From the NCBI RefSeq assembly GCF_018977255.1, contig NW_024704742.1, positions 83,826,001 through 83,890,000 of the forward strand: 64,000 nucleotides of DNA, given 5' to 3'. This DNA comes from Callorhinchus milii. Taxonomy: Eukaryota. The notes beneath the pieces were generated by a model. That model saw nothing but the letters and a program-made list of their open reading frames with translations, had not been told where the DNA came from and ran no database searches. A program made the position numbers and the translations under genes. Shown here piece after piece: positions 50,879 through 63,477 of the stretch; position 1 is the first letter of the stretch, and each line of letters starts with the position of its first letter.

Positions 50879-51294
50879 GTGAGATGACTGGTAGCACTTT
50901 CCAACTGAACTATTTTAGCATAAAAGATGGAGTGGATAAATGCCTTATTCAGAAGAGTATCGCTTATACTTTTAGTATGGCGTAATTTGTAGGGTAGTGT
51001 AATTATGAATGATATATTGTGGACTGGTAATACAGAGGTGTTAGCACTTGTCTTAGTAGGAAAATTCAGACCATACTGATGCCATATAAATTTCCTCACA
51101 AACCTGAGCAGGGTTCTGAGCCCAACAATTCTTATGATCCAAAGATTATCTGTAATTTGATGCTAAATTGAAACCCATTGAGAGAAGTTACAAGAATAAT
51201 TATGGAATATTACAATGGTCAAGTAAGGGTTTTCATTCAGTTTTATTAGAATTACAGTGTTGAAGTATTGGCTGTGCTATACCAATCTAGGCTC

Positions 51295-52312
51295 ATCGTA
51301 CTTCTTAACCTCTCTGCCGCCTTTGACACTCTCGATATTCGCCGCCTTTGACACTCTCGATATTCTATTCTCCACCGCCTTTCCTCTCAGCTCCACCTTC
51401 ACGGTTGCCTTTGCCTGGTTTCATTCTTGCCTGGCCTAACGTCTCCACTTCATATTTGCCAATGGCTTCTCCTTCCACTGCACTGTCACATGCAGTGTTC
51501 CTTCTGGCTCTATCCTTGGTCCTCTCTGAGATGTCATTCGTAGGCATGGAGTTAACTTCTACATGTATGTGGATGACACCCAACCCTATTCATCTCAGGC
51601 ACTGACAGCATCACTATATATGGATGCACACTTCACCTCACAAAGTCAGTGAGGAACCTTGGTGTCTTGTTCGACTCACAGCTGTCCTGTAAACCCGTGC
51701 CTTGACCTGTTCAGCTTTCTTCCAACTTTGTAACATTGCCCACCTCCACCATTACCTCTCCCCTTGGGCCACTGAGACTCTAATCCATACTTCTATCTTA
51801 TTATTATTATTATCTTGTCAGGCTTGATTGCAGCAACTCTTTGCTCCCAGACTTCCCACCTCCACAATCTGCAAACCACTTAGAACTCTGTGCGCTCTCC
51901 CGCATTAGGCTTTGCGAGTTTATCGCCTCCATCCATGCCGAGCTCCACTGGCTCCCAATCCCCCAGAGGATCGAGTTCAGTATCTTCATACTCACTTCAA
52001 AATCCAATCAAAGTCTTGTCGCACACAACTTCTGTGACCTTCTAAAACCCGCCCTACCATGGGCAGTCGGGCCTCCAGCCCTTCTTCCCCCACTCTCGGA
52101 ACTCCATCTCGGAGTCCCTTCGCCTCGCCCCCTTACCTTGCCTCCTTCAAGGTCCACCTCAAGACCTTCCTCTTCGACCGCACCTTCGGTCATCTTCCCG
52201 GCCCCACCCTTCCCGAATCCAGCCCCAGCTTGGATGCAAACCCTTGACTGTCTGGTGCCTTGGATTTCCTTCCTACGTGAGAGGTGTTATATAAATGCAA
52301 TTTCTTGTTGTT
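51295..52312 (+). mobile_element. Old L2 fragment with internal deletions
   Basis: LLNLSAAFDT, HGVNFYMYVDDT, VRNLGVLFD and [12 protein letters not shown] remnants; ttgttg tail. Confidence 0.85.
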
Positions 52313-52746
52313 GACAATGTTCAATGCTGACACTGGGTGGAAATTATTCCCATTCTCCTTCATTAGTTTCTTTCACATTGACAAGAATGTGTTCACCAAC
52401 ATATCTATTGCTTTGCTTTGACTGTACTGTTTTGGGAATTTCCATGATTTTACCACAAAACGTGCAATATAAATCGGGTTGAGTTGGCATGAATTTTGCT
52501 GGCAAGTATCCTTGGCTGCAGGGTAAATGTGATGGCTGTGAATTCACAATTTGCTTACCGGTTTCCTTTAAAAATCTCAGGCAGTCAATTGAACCATTCT
52601 GGAACCTTTAAGAGACATTTTTATTGTTGAAGAGCAAATCCCATGGCCAGTTCTTCATAATAACCACGATACAAATACCCAATTTCTGCAGAACACAGTG
52701 TACACAGTGTAAAGATATGTGCACCTGTCGAACTAGGACCATTTGT

Positions 52747-53114
52747 GGAGTCCTGTAACTTAGTGATTAGAGCACTCGCCTCACAAGCAAGAGGACCCCG
52801 GTTCTCTTCCTGGGCAGGACAAAATGTTGAGCAACTTTCCTTACTGGACATGCCCCTATTTACCTAGCAGTAAGTTGGAAACGGTTGTTAGTCGATTGGC
52901 GAATCGCTTTTCCGGGGGTAATAATCCCTTCAAAAATAATAATAATGTGGTCACTCAATCCACGATTGTTTGATGGACACTGCTGTGCGCAATTGGCTGT
53001 GGCATTTTGCACAGAATGTACAATCAATTCACCTTACAGTATGTTCGGTGAATCGCTTTGAGATGCCTTGAAGACGTGATAAGGTGAAATATCAAATGCA
53101 AGGATTATTATTAT
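52747..53114 (+). mobile_element. tRNA-derived SINE, long variant
   Basis: Full head, internal segment and (att)n tail. Confidence 0.88.
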
Positions 53115-53619
53115 ACCAGTTAGTGCTTTAGCTCACAGAATTGAGGGGATGTCTACACCTCAAAGCTCAGTTGACATGTTAAACATGCTGATCAATCATT
53201 AAAAGTTAATTGAATTAATATGGGACCTACCTGCCTTTGTTTTGCCAGGAGTGCCTCCTTGGAGGCAGATCAGCTACAGAATATCTCCTCTTGTTCCTCT
53301 TGGAATATGTATTTTAGACATGATGCTCATTATATCGACCTTACAAGTGAAAGACTGAATAAATTCATTGGGAATTTAACCTGGAATATTCTGGTCACCT
53401 TTCTAGTGTTTGACAGTGCTTGGAAAAATGTTATTGCATAAAACTTTCATTGAATATCACAGTTTAAACTGTCCCCGGATAGTGATAAATTCTTTGTAAT
53501 TTCACATATTTCATCGTGTGGGTGCCACCGAGTCCAGGTACCTTCCATACTTGTTTTTTACTGAATATCATCACGTCTGAATAAGGCATCTTATTAGACA
53601 TTGTAAAAACTTTCTTTCA

Positions 53620-53853
53620 TGTCAGCTCGAACTTTTCAAGTAGTCAGGCAGCATCTATGGAGAAAGGAAAGTGAGTCAACATTTTGGATCCACAACTCTT
53701 TGTCAGAACTTCATCAGGTTCTGACAAAGGGTCGTGGACCCAAAACGTTGACTCACTTTCCTTTCACCATAGATGCTGCCTGACCTGCTGAGCGTTCCCA
53801 GCGACTTCTGTTTTTGTATCAGATTTCCAGCATCTGCAGCATTTTGCATTTTG
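53620..53853. mobile_element. Penelope-like palindromic terminal remnant
   Basis: 67-bp inverted arms at 53643-53709 and 53718-53784. The right side is the reverse complement of the terminus at ~7250-7350. Confidence 0.8.
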
Positions 53854-54934
53854 AACTATTGAAATGTTGTTTTGAAGTTATGTATCACTTTTTTTTATGG
53901 GTTTTAACTTTGCAGTCTTAACAAAATTGATGGACATATTTATAAAAGTTTTCAGTGTTTGCCAATTGGCTATGATCACGAAGGTGCAATATTTGTTGAG
54001 TATGAGAACAAAGCTGAGTATAGTTCCATAGAGCCCTGATAGTGAGGATTGGCAGGCTGGACAGCAATCGGGGAGGGGGTTGCCGCATTGCACAGTTTTC
54101 GCGAAGGGGGGATGGGATTCGCTGATTAATGATGAGGAGCAGCAACTCTGACTGATTTTGTTCCCATAGCTTTCTGGTGGCGAGGCAACATTTAGCAGTC
54201 TTTCCTGCTACTCAGTTATGAATGGCAAGCTACAGTGCCTGAGAACGTCAGGGTCTGTATGGCTCCATCGCACACCAGGCTGTGGCTTTACAAACAAAAC
54301 CATACGAAGAGAAGCTTAGTCTGCTAATTAAAAAAAACTCATCATGCCCTTCAGAGCCAGTGCTTCTCTACTCGACACCTTCCCAGATGATCCAGTTGAG
54401 AATTAATGTGCCATCTGGGGAAACCATCACTATCGCACTGTGCAGTTGTACAGATTTATGTCTGTCTTATTGGGTGTCAGAAAAAACAGTTGAAATTAGT
54501 TTTTTCCTAACATTTAGGAGGATAATATAAGATACACTGCTCTGTTTTATATTTTAATTGCTGATCGCGAGGTACTAGCTATTTTATTAGAATTGAAAAC
54601 ATCTCTTGCCGTGAATTGCCCTTATTCTGAGCAGCTCAATAAACAGACACGGAAGGGAAAAAGCTGCTATAAAAGCTCATTAGTGCCATATTTGCCAGTT
54701 TTAATGCCTTAGAAACTGCATACTAAGGAGGTACACAAAACAATGGGGCATTTTGGGTTTCTTCTGAAGCAGATTGCATTTGTTAATTTTGTGCTTCATC
54801 AAATGTCATACATTTCCCAATTTGAGAAAGTTGAGTTCTATTTTTAATAACTTAGGGCAGTGATGGGCAAAAGATTAGAGGGGCTTGACACTGTCAGGTG
54901 GTGGGAGGGGTTTTACGGCAGAGAAGTAAATAAA

Positions 54935-55250
54935 ATATCCTTGCTTTTGATATAGTGTCTTGATCGTTAAAGTGTTAAAGAACTTCACAGTTAGTGGCTT
55001 TCAAGAGTAGTGATTGAGTGTGGCTAGGTCACACAGATCACCATAAAGTGAAGGACCAAGTTAGTGGGTGGGGGATTGGCCAGCATACAGTGAGAAATTC
55101 CCTTCTTTTTGAAGTGTCACAGGATCTTTAACTTCCTCTTGAATAAACAGACAGGACTTTGGTTTAACATCTCATCCGAAGGATGGCACCTCTGACAATA
55201 CAGTATTTCCCCAGTATAACACTAGAGTGTCTGTCAGGAGTGAGCTCAAC
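54935..55250 (-). mobile_element. Old Deu-domain SINE
   Basis: cagacaggactttggtttaacatctcatccgaaggatggcacctctgacaatacagta. Confidence 0.7.
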
Positions 55251-56534
55251 ATCGCAATTTGAGGATGACAAGCTGACGAGAGGTAAAATATTCCTCGCGA
55301 GAGAGAGAGTGTGTGTGTGTTGGTGAGAGATACACAAACATCACATACGGGAAACTAATTCTTGACTTCTATTTCAGAAACTGCAAGAGAGGCTGGTAAT
55401 TTGGAAGAGTGTAAATGACAAGTTTGTGGGGTGTTGCTCTCCTTTGTTCCCACCAGATTTTCAGGGTTCAGGTTCAGGGAGCTTGTGATGTTCTTTGATT
55501 CTTTTTCATTAATTCAAATCATGATGAAATCAATGCTAGGCATTAAGCAAGACAGATGCATAGTTTTAATTATGAAACAATTGCATAAAAAATGAAAGGT
55601 TAAATGTAATTATTTTTGTGGATAATTGCGTTACACAGCCCAGTGGAACTCTTAGTTCAGTGGGGATAGATGGATTAGAACACTGTGTCAGATGCACATC
55701 TGTCTAGCATGCCACTCACTGTTGGATTTTAACAGTTGTGGCAAGAAGTCCTGCTTAGATATACATTTATGCTAGTCAAGCAAGCCTTTAGTCAGAATTA
55801 ATTACAGTTTTATTATGTATGGTTTTCAGTTTATTGGAACATAATGCATTATGGAACTTGCCGAGTTTCCATAATATCAGGTTAGAAACTCTCAAATTGT
55901 ATAAAGTATTTAAATGCAAAATGGAACACGGGGCTTTGTTTTCTTGCTTTTTGAAATTTTCATGGGGATCTCGATTTCTCCTATTATTGTTCTTCATGAA
56001 TGCAAGACGACAGTGGCGCAAACTGCTCAAATGACATCTAGTGGTAGAATTACGTAGTGGTAGTTTTGTTCTGTTTGCCATCCAAGGCGTATCCTTTTGA
56101 TTACAAAAATTGTAACCAATCACAAATTTTTTTGATTCTTGGGATGTCCTCCCGACTTGAAAGGCGCTCTATAAATGTAATTTTGTTGTTGTTGTTGTTA
56201 TCTCTCTCAGTACTTATAAGCTGGGCCAATAGAAAAGTGTGGAAGTATTTGCTGAAAATCGGGAGGAAGTTTAGCAAATTTTGCAGGAAATTGCAGGGCT
56301 GGTTGGTGCTGTTGAGGTACATTTTATTGCCAACCTACATTTTTTCACCTTATTGATGAAAGCTAAACATGAGGAAATAGCAAAATAGATTGTTGCAAAA
56401 AAATATTAATTTCTTCTTTAACAAAAACTGGTGGCCTGGAGATCCACCAAAAAACAGATACTCAGGATCAGTGTCCTGACTATGTGGCTACAGGAGCTGA
56501 TCACATCCTGACTCTCATGGCACAGCAGCGCACA

Positions 56535-56701
56535 CCGAGAGCCAGAGAGAGATACGCAGACACTCAGAGACACTCACAGACAGAGACCACACATTCTCAG
56601 AGACACACACACACACTCATAGACACAGAGACGTACATACACAAACAGAGGAGAGAGAGATACACAGACACTCACAAATGCATAGAGAGAGAGAGACACA
56701 G
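56535..56701. repeat. (AC)/(AG)-rich low-complexity repeat
   Basis: Direct read (cagagacacacacacacactc...). Confidence 0.85.
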
Positions 56702-57489
56702 ATAATCTCAACAGTGGGGCCACCGAGTGGAGCGAAGCCCATTTCCCGTTTCCCATTTCCAGCGTCTGGAACCTCCTCGCCCACAGTTGAGTCAGGAAAA
56801 GAGCCAGCAGAGGCCAGGGGCCAGAAAGTTACTTTATTAGTGGGTTTATAGGGGATGGCAGTGTTTATAACAGATTCCGCAAAAAAAAGCGGCCTTGTTT
56901 TTCTATTGACCCAGCTCATCAATACCCTTTTTCTTGGTCACTACCAACTTCAGTTACACTCAGCTTTACTCCTTCTGAGTCTATTCTGTGGCATGCACTG
57001 TTTACATGGGTAAAAATGATCAACAACAACTTGGATTTATATAGCGCCCTCCATGCCGGATGGCAACTCAGAGTGCTTTACAGTAACAGATCCCGGGGCT
57101 GAGCCGGGGGAGGGGGAGGAAGGTGACCAAAGGCGTGGTCGAAAAGAAAGACCTGAAAATAGGAAGAGAGGAGGGCGCGAGGCGAAGGGAGAGAGGAAGG
57201 GAATTCCAGAGAGCCTCGGGGCATAGTGGCTGAAGGCACGGCCGCCGAGGGTGGAGCGGAGGACTCGGGGGACAAGGAGGAGGCCAAACCCGGAGGAACG
57301 AAAGCAATGGGCATTGTTCTGAGGAGAGAGGAGGTCAGAGAGTTAGGGGGCTGTGGAGGAATGGAGGGATTTGAAGACAAGGGTGAGGATCTTGAAATCA
57401 ATCCTCTCTGGGACAGGGAGCCAGTGCAGTCTGGTGAGGACTGGGGTATCGGGGAGCGGAGTTTGGTGCAGGTGAGAATGCGGGCGGCA

Positions 57490-57813
57490 GAGTCCTGTAG
57501 CTCAGTGGTTAGAGCACTCGCTTTGCAAGTGAGAAACCTGAGTTCAATTCCAGGCAGAGGGCGAAACCTTGGGCAAGTTTCCTTACTCCACACGCCTAAT
57601 AATAATCCCTCCAAAACAAAAAACAATAATAAATTGGTCATTTTCAATCTACGACTGTTTGTGGGACATTGCTGTGCGCAATTGGCTGCCGCGTTCGCCC
57701 ACAAATATACAGTCAATTCACTTTACAGTGTGTTCTGTGAAGCGCTTTGGGACGTCCTCCCGACGTGAAAAGCGCTATATCAAATGCAAGGATTATTATT
57801 ATTATTATTATTA
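57490..57813 (+). mobile_element. tRNA-Ala-derived SINE, short young variant
   Basis: Full head with ctcgc-tttgcaa-gtgag anticodon arm (TGC), B box gagttcaattcc and (att)n tail. Confidence 0.95.
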
Positions 57814-57898
57814 TAATAATAATAATCCTTGCATTTGATATAGCGCTTTTTACATCTTCTTGACGTCTCAAAGCGCTTCACAGAATAGGCTGTAAAGT
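57814..57898 (-). mobile_element. SINE 3' fragment, tail-to-tail with the preceding SINE
   Basis: (aat)n, then ccttgcatttgatatagcgc and aagcgcttcacagaat. Confidence 0.85.
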
Positions 57899-58119
57899 TT
57901 TGAATAATCTGGATTTTATGGATGGTAGTGGAGGGGAGGCCGGCGAGGAGGGCATTTGAATAGTCCAGCTGGGAGGTGACAAAGGCATGGACCAGGGTTT
58001 CAGCGGCTTTTGGAGTGAGGTATTGGCAAAGGTGGGCGATGCATCGGAGGTGGAAGAAAGCGGTGCTGGTGAGGGACCGGATGTGGGGGAGGAAGGATAA
58101 TTGGGGGTCAAACCTGATT

Positions 58120-58540
58120 TCAGGGGGACAAGGGAGTTGAAGGTGGAGGAGAGGCGATCATGGAGCAGCTGGACGGCTGCTTCAGGATCTCCCTGGGTGG
58201 AATGCCAGAGAGATAGGATGTTTGATGATGTTAGGGCCTTTGTGAGGGTCTCAGGGGGAAGCCTTTTCCAAGGACGGTAGAGGATGGTTGAGGACTTGGT
58301 GGAGGAGAGAGGGATGTGAGAGGAGAAGGAGATGAGGAAGTGGTCCGAGATGGCCTTGTCCACTATTCTAAGGTCGGAAATGTCAAGGCTGTGGGTGATA
58401 ACACGGTCAAGGGCATGACCACGGTTGTGGGTGGGTAAATTTATGTGGAGGGTGAGATTTAGGGAGGAGGAGAAGAAGGCAGTGAAGTCGGCAGAAGTAG
58501 TGCAAGGGGAGTTTAGGTGGAAGTTGAAATCGCCCATTAT
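58120..58540 (-). mobile_element. L2 endonuclease-region fragment
   Basis: MGDFNFHLN, PTHNRGHALDRVIT and DKAISDHFLISF (APE C-terminal motifs). Confidence 0.88.
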
Positions 58541-58599
58541 GAGCAGGTGTTCGGAGCAGAGGGACAGGGATCAAGCTCATACTAGCCCAGAGCAACAAT

Positions 58600-59760
58600 A
58601 AACAACAAAAAAAATTACATTTGAGAGGTATGAGGGTGGCTGAAAGCACGGTTGAAAAGAAGGGCCTTGAGTCGTGCCTTGAAGGAGACAAGGGAGGGAG
58701 CAAGGCGAGAGGATTGTGGGATGGAGTTCCAGTGGGTGGGTGGGGGCAGAGAGGTTGAAAGCCCGGCCGGCGATGGTAGGGCAGGTTGGGCGGGAGACAT
58801 GGAGTAGGCTGAAGCCCGCTGAACGGATGAAGCAGACAGGTTGATAGGGGGTCAGCAGGTCAGAGATGTAGGAGGGGGAAAGGCCATGGAGGGTCTTGAA
58901 AGTGGGGACAAGGATTTTGAATTCTATCCTCTGAAGGATGGGGAGCCAGTGGAGCCGGGCGAGGGTGGGGGTGATGGGGGGTCATGGAGACTGGTGCGAG
59001 AGAGGACACAAGCTGCAGAGTTCTGGATGATCTGCATCTTGTGGAGGGAAGAGTTGGGGAGGTCGACAAGGAGGGAGATTCCATAGTCGAGCTTGCGGTG
59101 ACAAAGGCGTGTACGAGGGTTTTGGCGGCTTGAGGGTTAAGGCAGTGGTGGAGTCGGACAATATTGCGGAGGTAGGGGAAGACAGAGCGGGTCATGGCAT
59201 GGATATGAGGGAGAAGGGACAGTTGAGGGTCGAACGAAACGCCAAGGTTCCTGACTGGCTTGGTGAGGTGGGGTGTGCATCCGTGGATGTTGATGCTGCC
59301 GATGGCTGAGATGCAGAGGCGCTGGCGTAAGCCAATCAGGAGGGCCTCGGTCTTGTTGACATTCATCTGTAGAAAGTTGGCTCTCATCCAGGACTTGGTG
59401 TCCAACAGACGGTCTGTCAGGACATCAGTTGTCCTGGCATCGATGGTGGAGGCAGAGATAGAGTTGGGTGTCATCCGCATACATGTGGAAGTTGACCCCA
59501 TGTCTGCGGATGATGTCACCGAGGGGGAGCATGTAGAGGTTGAAGAGGAGGGGACCGAGGACAGAGCCCTGAGGAACACCACACAAGACTGTGCGGGGGC
59601 TGGAAGAGAAACTGTTGGCAGAGACAAATTGGAGATGATGTGAGAGATAAGACCTGAACCATTCAAGGACAGAACCTTGAAGGTTGAGATGAGGGGAAAG
59701 CTGGTGGAGGAGGATGGAGTGGTCCAAGGTATCGAAGGCAGCAGAGAGGACGAGGAGGAA
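58600..59760 (-). mobile_element. L2 LINE RT to 3' end
   Basis: [38 protein letters not shown] and [22 protein letters not shown]. Confidence 0.93.
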
Positions 59761-59814
59761 ACGCCTGGAATCACTCTTCAGTCTCCCACAAAATAAAATT
59801 TTAAAAAGCGTTTA

Positions 59815-60080
59815 ATTCCTCCCTCCGCTCAATGGACACCAGCCTGCTTCATGTCACCTGCCCTGCCCACCCCACCATAGGAGGTCGACTTTCAGTGTAT
59901 CCGCTCTGACTCTCTGAAATTTCATCCCTTTGACTTGCTCCCTACTCTCATTTCCTTCAAGGTCTGCCTCAAGACCTTCCTCTTTGACCACACTATTGGC
60001 CATTTCCCCCATTTGCCCCCACCCTATCTTTGGGGCATCCTCCTGCCGTGAAAGGCTCTATATACATGTAAAATTGTATT
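59815..60080 (+). mobile_element. Old L2 3' end
   Basis: tccttcaaggtctgcctcaagaccttcctctttgacc and gtgaaaggctctata. Confidence 0.7.
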
Positions 60081-60562
60081 GTATCTTAGACTGCTATTGA
60101 TTCCTCTGACTGCTAGATATTTTTTATATACGTATAGTGGCTTGATTGACAGCTTTGATTTTTTAAAAATTATAGCATAATCATCTGAAGTCCACAATTG
60201 ATTGTATGTGCTGTTTGAGTAAGGCTGTAGTTGGTACAACTGAATAAATATTGCTAATGGAATTTCTGCGCGGTTTGCTGTAAATTGAGCTCAGTCTTAC
60301 TAATAAGGAAAGAAACTGAAGCATTGTTATTTGTAATGGAGTCTTTTTCTCAATTAGAATCCAAAATCCCATTTGCAGTTTTCCTGTTTGTTAGTCTCAT
60401 TGGTATCAATACATTATAAAATTGGAAAGCTTTTTCTAATTTAAAAAAACCCACTGAGATATAGAGGATATGTTGCCAAATAAAGCTATGTGAAGTTCTA
60501 TGAATAAGGAAAACAAGTTACTGGGATTATTCAATAGAAAGCTACGTATTTAAATCTAAATA

Positions 60563-60967
60563 CACTGGAAGCCGCTTAAGCCGGACACATCAGAGCTTAA
60601 GCGGCGTCCATGGCGAATCAAAGTTCTTCCCACCCAGCAGAGGAGCTGCAGTGGTGCCTCCTCCCTCCCATTGCCATTCCTGTTCCTCCGCCCTTCACTG
60701 ATTTACAGTCTTTACCTGCTTGTGAATGTCTGGAGTCTGCTGTCAATCATTCACAACGTGACTCCTCCCATCTCCATCCCAGAGCCGCTTGTGGTGAGTG
60801 AGTAAACACAGCGGCGACCAGTGCGGCATTTTGTCCGAATTAATCAGATTTTTATACAAATTAACCGGCATATTTAAAACGGGTAAGAGTACTAATGGGT
60901 CGGGTGTCTTGTCCTATTTAACCGGTATCTGGGGTTAACTGTCATCCAACCGAAGTGACTTCCACTG
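60563..60967. mobile_element. Tigger/pogo-like non-autonomous DNA transposon (MITE)
   Basis: TA|cactggaagccgctt ... aagtgacttccactg|TA: terminal inverted repeats match 12/15 with TA flanks; internal ttaaccgg and ttaagcgg repeats. Confidence 0.65.
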
Positions 60968-62411
60968 TATACACAGAAGATGTTAGAGGTTTACTCTATT
61001 TTCACTAACATCGCAAACGGCATTTGCAAAATGTAGCACTACAATACACTTTAAAAACACATGTTCTGTTTGTAGTAACACCACTTCCATACATTACAAT
61101 ATCTACATTCAAAAGCAAATTTTCTCAATGAACTCAGACTTGTCTCATAAACTATCCAATGACAAGTTCCTTCCTTTACACATATACATTTATAGTGTAC
61201 GCTTCAAAAATTATCACATTTAAAATAAAAATGATAAATGTGGTTTTGAATGTGGAAGCAGTTGATACTGCAATAATGTACAGAAGTGATGTTACTACGT
61301 AAAAGGCGCTGTATAAATTTGTAAATAGTACTATTCAGAGCTAATGCACTGTTTTCTGAACCTAGGCTCTTGATTTTATTATGTGTTTAAATTATTTGCG
61401 TGAAGCATGTAAGATTTGGAAAATTGACACAGAAAAAATGTTATATAATCAAGTATATGGGTAATTATAAATTTCTAATTTCAAATTAAAACTAAAACTT
61501 CAATCCATAAACTTTTTGACAGTGATGTTCATCGTGCATGCCTTTCAGAGTCCTACAGTTGAATTTCTGAAACAGATTTTCTGATTTAAAAACAAAATAG
61601 ACGATGGCAAAGTAAGTGAAGCTGTTGTTGTCCACAAAAGTTTTACATCTTCTCTTGACAACTTGGCCATGAGTGGAAGTAGCTTCTAGGAAGGGAGTGC
61701 CCTATCAGTTTATTCATTGGTGGTTTTCTGACTATAGATATTAAATGTTAATTACAAAACCCACACTGAACCAATTCTGCCATGCTTGTAGACTCAATGT
61801 AGATGAGATTTATTTGTTGTGCATTTTTAAGTGCTTGGCAGCTTTTGACATTTAAATTTAAATGACACAGCTTGAAGTGCACAAATATTCACATCCAGTG
61901 TCGCTGGTAATGAGTGATCTACTTCACCGGGCATTCCACTCCACCGTAAAGATTTTGCTTAGTCTACTTTCATTTATTTCTTAGTTTTGTACTTTTCATT
62001 GCAATACTGCAAATAGTTGGGTTCACGTCACAAGAGAGGTTTGGATAAGAAGGCCCTTCAGAATACCCACCCTATGTCGTCTTGTTACAGGAGAGGCCCC
62101 CGTACCCCCACCCCCATGTCCTCAGCCCGTGTCCTCAGCCCCGTGCCTTGTGCTCCCTAGACCCAGCATTGTGCACCCCATTACCCTGTGCAGCGAGCAC
62201 CACAGACTTCGAAACTACACTTTCTGATAGTCTGTTACAGTCATTCCTGCTCTAATTGCACAACTATATACCTGTGAAGCCCAAGCATATTGTGGTGGCT
62301 GGAATGATACACACTCCTCCAGGTTCAGCCAAACCAGAGGACTCTACTGGAGATCTGGAAAGAAGTGATTTGGCAGAGTAGCTTAACATCCTGTTTGCTT
62401 TGTTTAAAAGT

Positions 62412-62890
62412 GTCAGTCTGGCTTAGTTGGAAGCACTCTCGTTTCTGAGTCCGAAGGTTATGAGTTCAAGTAACCATATTGGGAACATAAGCTCATATTC
62501 TAAACCAGAGTTGGCCAACTTGTGGCCTTTGAGCTGCATTACTCATGCGTAAAATAGTTATGTGAGTGTCTGAGGTCTTCGGGCTGCAAGTTGGCCATCC
62601 CTGTTCTAAGATGACTCTTCAATGCTAAATAGAGGTCCCGTCTATCTGTTCAGGTAGATGTTCAAGATTCCATAGACCATCCCATTCAAAAAGAGAAGGG
62701 AGGTTCTCCTTGTGTCCTGGCTAACAATCTCCCAGGTAAAATTGGGCATTGACTTCATGCCTGTTTGTGGGTCATTGCTGGGTGTAAATTGGCTGCCACA
62801 TTTGCCTACAAATAAACGTTTACTACATTTTAAAATGAATTCTGTGAAGCCTTAGATCTTTTGATGATGTGATAAGGTGCCATTTATAAG
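62412..62890 (+). mobile_element. Deu-domain SINE carrying a nested hAT MITE
   Basis: Head gtcagtctggcttagttggaagcactctcgtttctgagtccgaaggttatgagttcaag, then Deu core and tail after the insertion. Confidence 0.72.
62506..62603. mobile_element. hAT-Charlie-like MITE (98 bp)
   Basis: Left end cagagttggccaacttg; right end reverse complement cagggatggccaacttg. Flanks ttctaaac and ttctaaga match 6/8, consistent with an 8-bp target-site duplication. Confidence 0.7.
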
Positions 62891-63477
62891 CTCTTTCTGT
62901 TACGCGCTCAATTTTTCTGCTTAAAATTTTCTTGTTGGTTTGTATCTCACCTTATTACCTTCAGTAATTGCATTAAATATACACAATGGGGTTCTCTGGT
63001 TTAATGAAAAATATAACACTGATGCATTACGGCTTCTGTGTATTTGATAGATATATTCTGTGTATGTGCATTATATACTTTATTTCTAAACTACTGAGCT
63101 TTGTTTTGTATCTTCTAAATAATTCCACTGTGGCAGTTTTCATTCATAAGTAGGCAGGCAAATGTAATTTTTTAAAACTCGCTTTGGGAGTGTAATCCGA
63201 ATACTGATCAAATATTGTTGCCGCGAGCGAATATTGCTTTGAATTCCTTAAGGGATTGCACATCCAAGTGTAATACAAATCCTCAATGTTATCTTGATGG
63301 AAATGCAAAATGGTATGTAGGTTAGGAACCAGGAGTTTTTTAAAAATCCTTAGAATCTTTAGTTTGTATTTTCACTCCTTGACCAGTAAGTGAAATGATT
63401 GTAAGAAACTTGTTTTGTAGATGAGTAGCAATCTCCATTAGTTTATTTATATAATGTGGGTGTTTCTGCATTTCTAG

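Larger units (their letters stand above)
57021..58120 (-). mobile_element. L2 3' fragment (second subfamily) interrupted by a SINE pair at 57490-57898
   Basis: The L2 sequence cgggcggcagagt resumes as tttgaataatctgg after the insertion (QNSAARILT region on the minus strand). Confidence 0.88.

Noticed and set aside
57878..59774. Long ORFs of 200-300 aa (e.g. 3748-4500, 3773-4600, 26986-27657, 57878-58537, 58860-59774)
   Set aside because: All lie in L2 fragments. They are broken ORF2 pieces or C-rich alternative frames, not host genes, and no intact endonuclease-plus-RT ORF is present.
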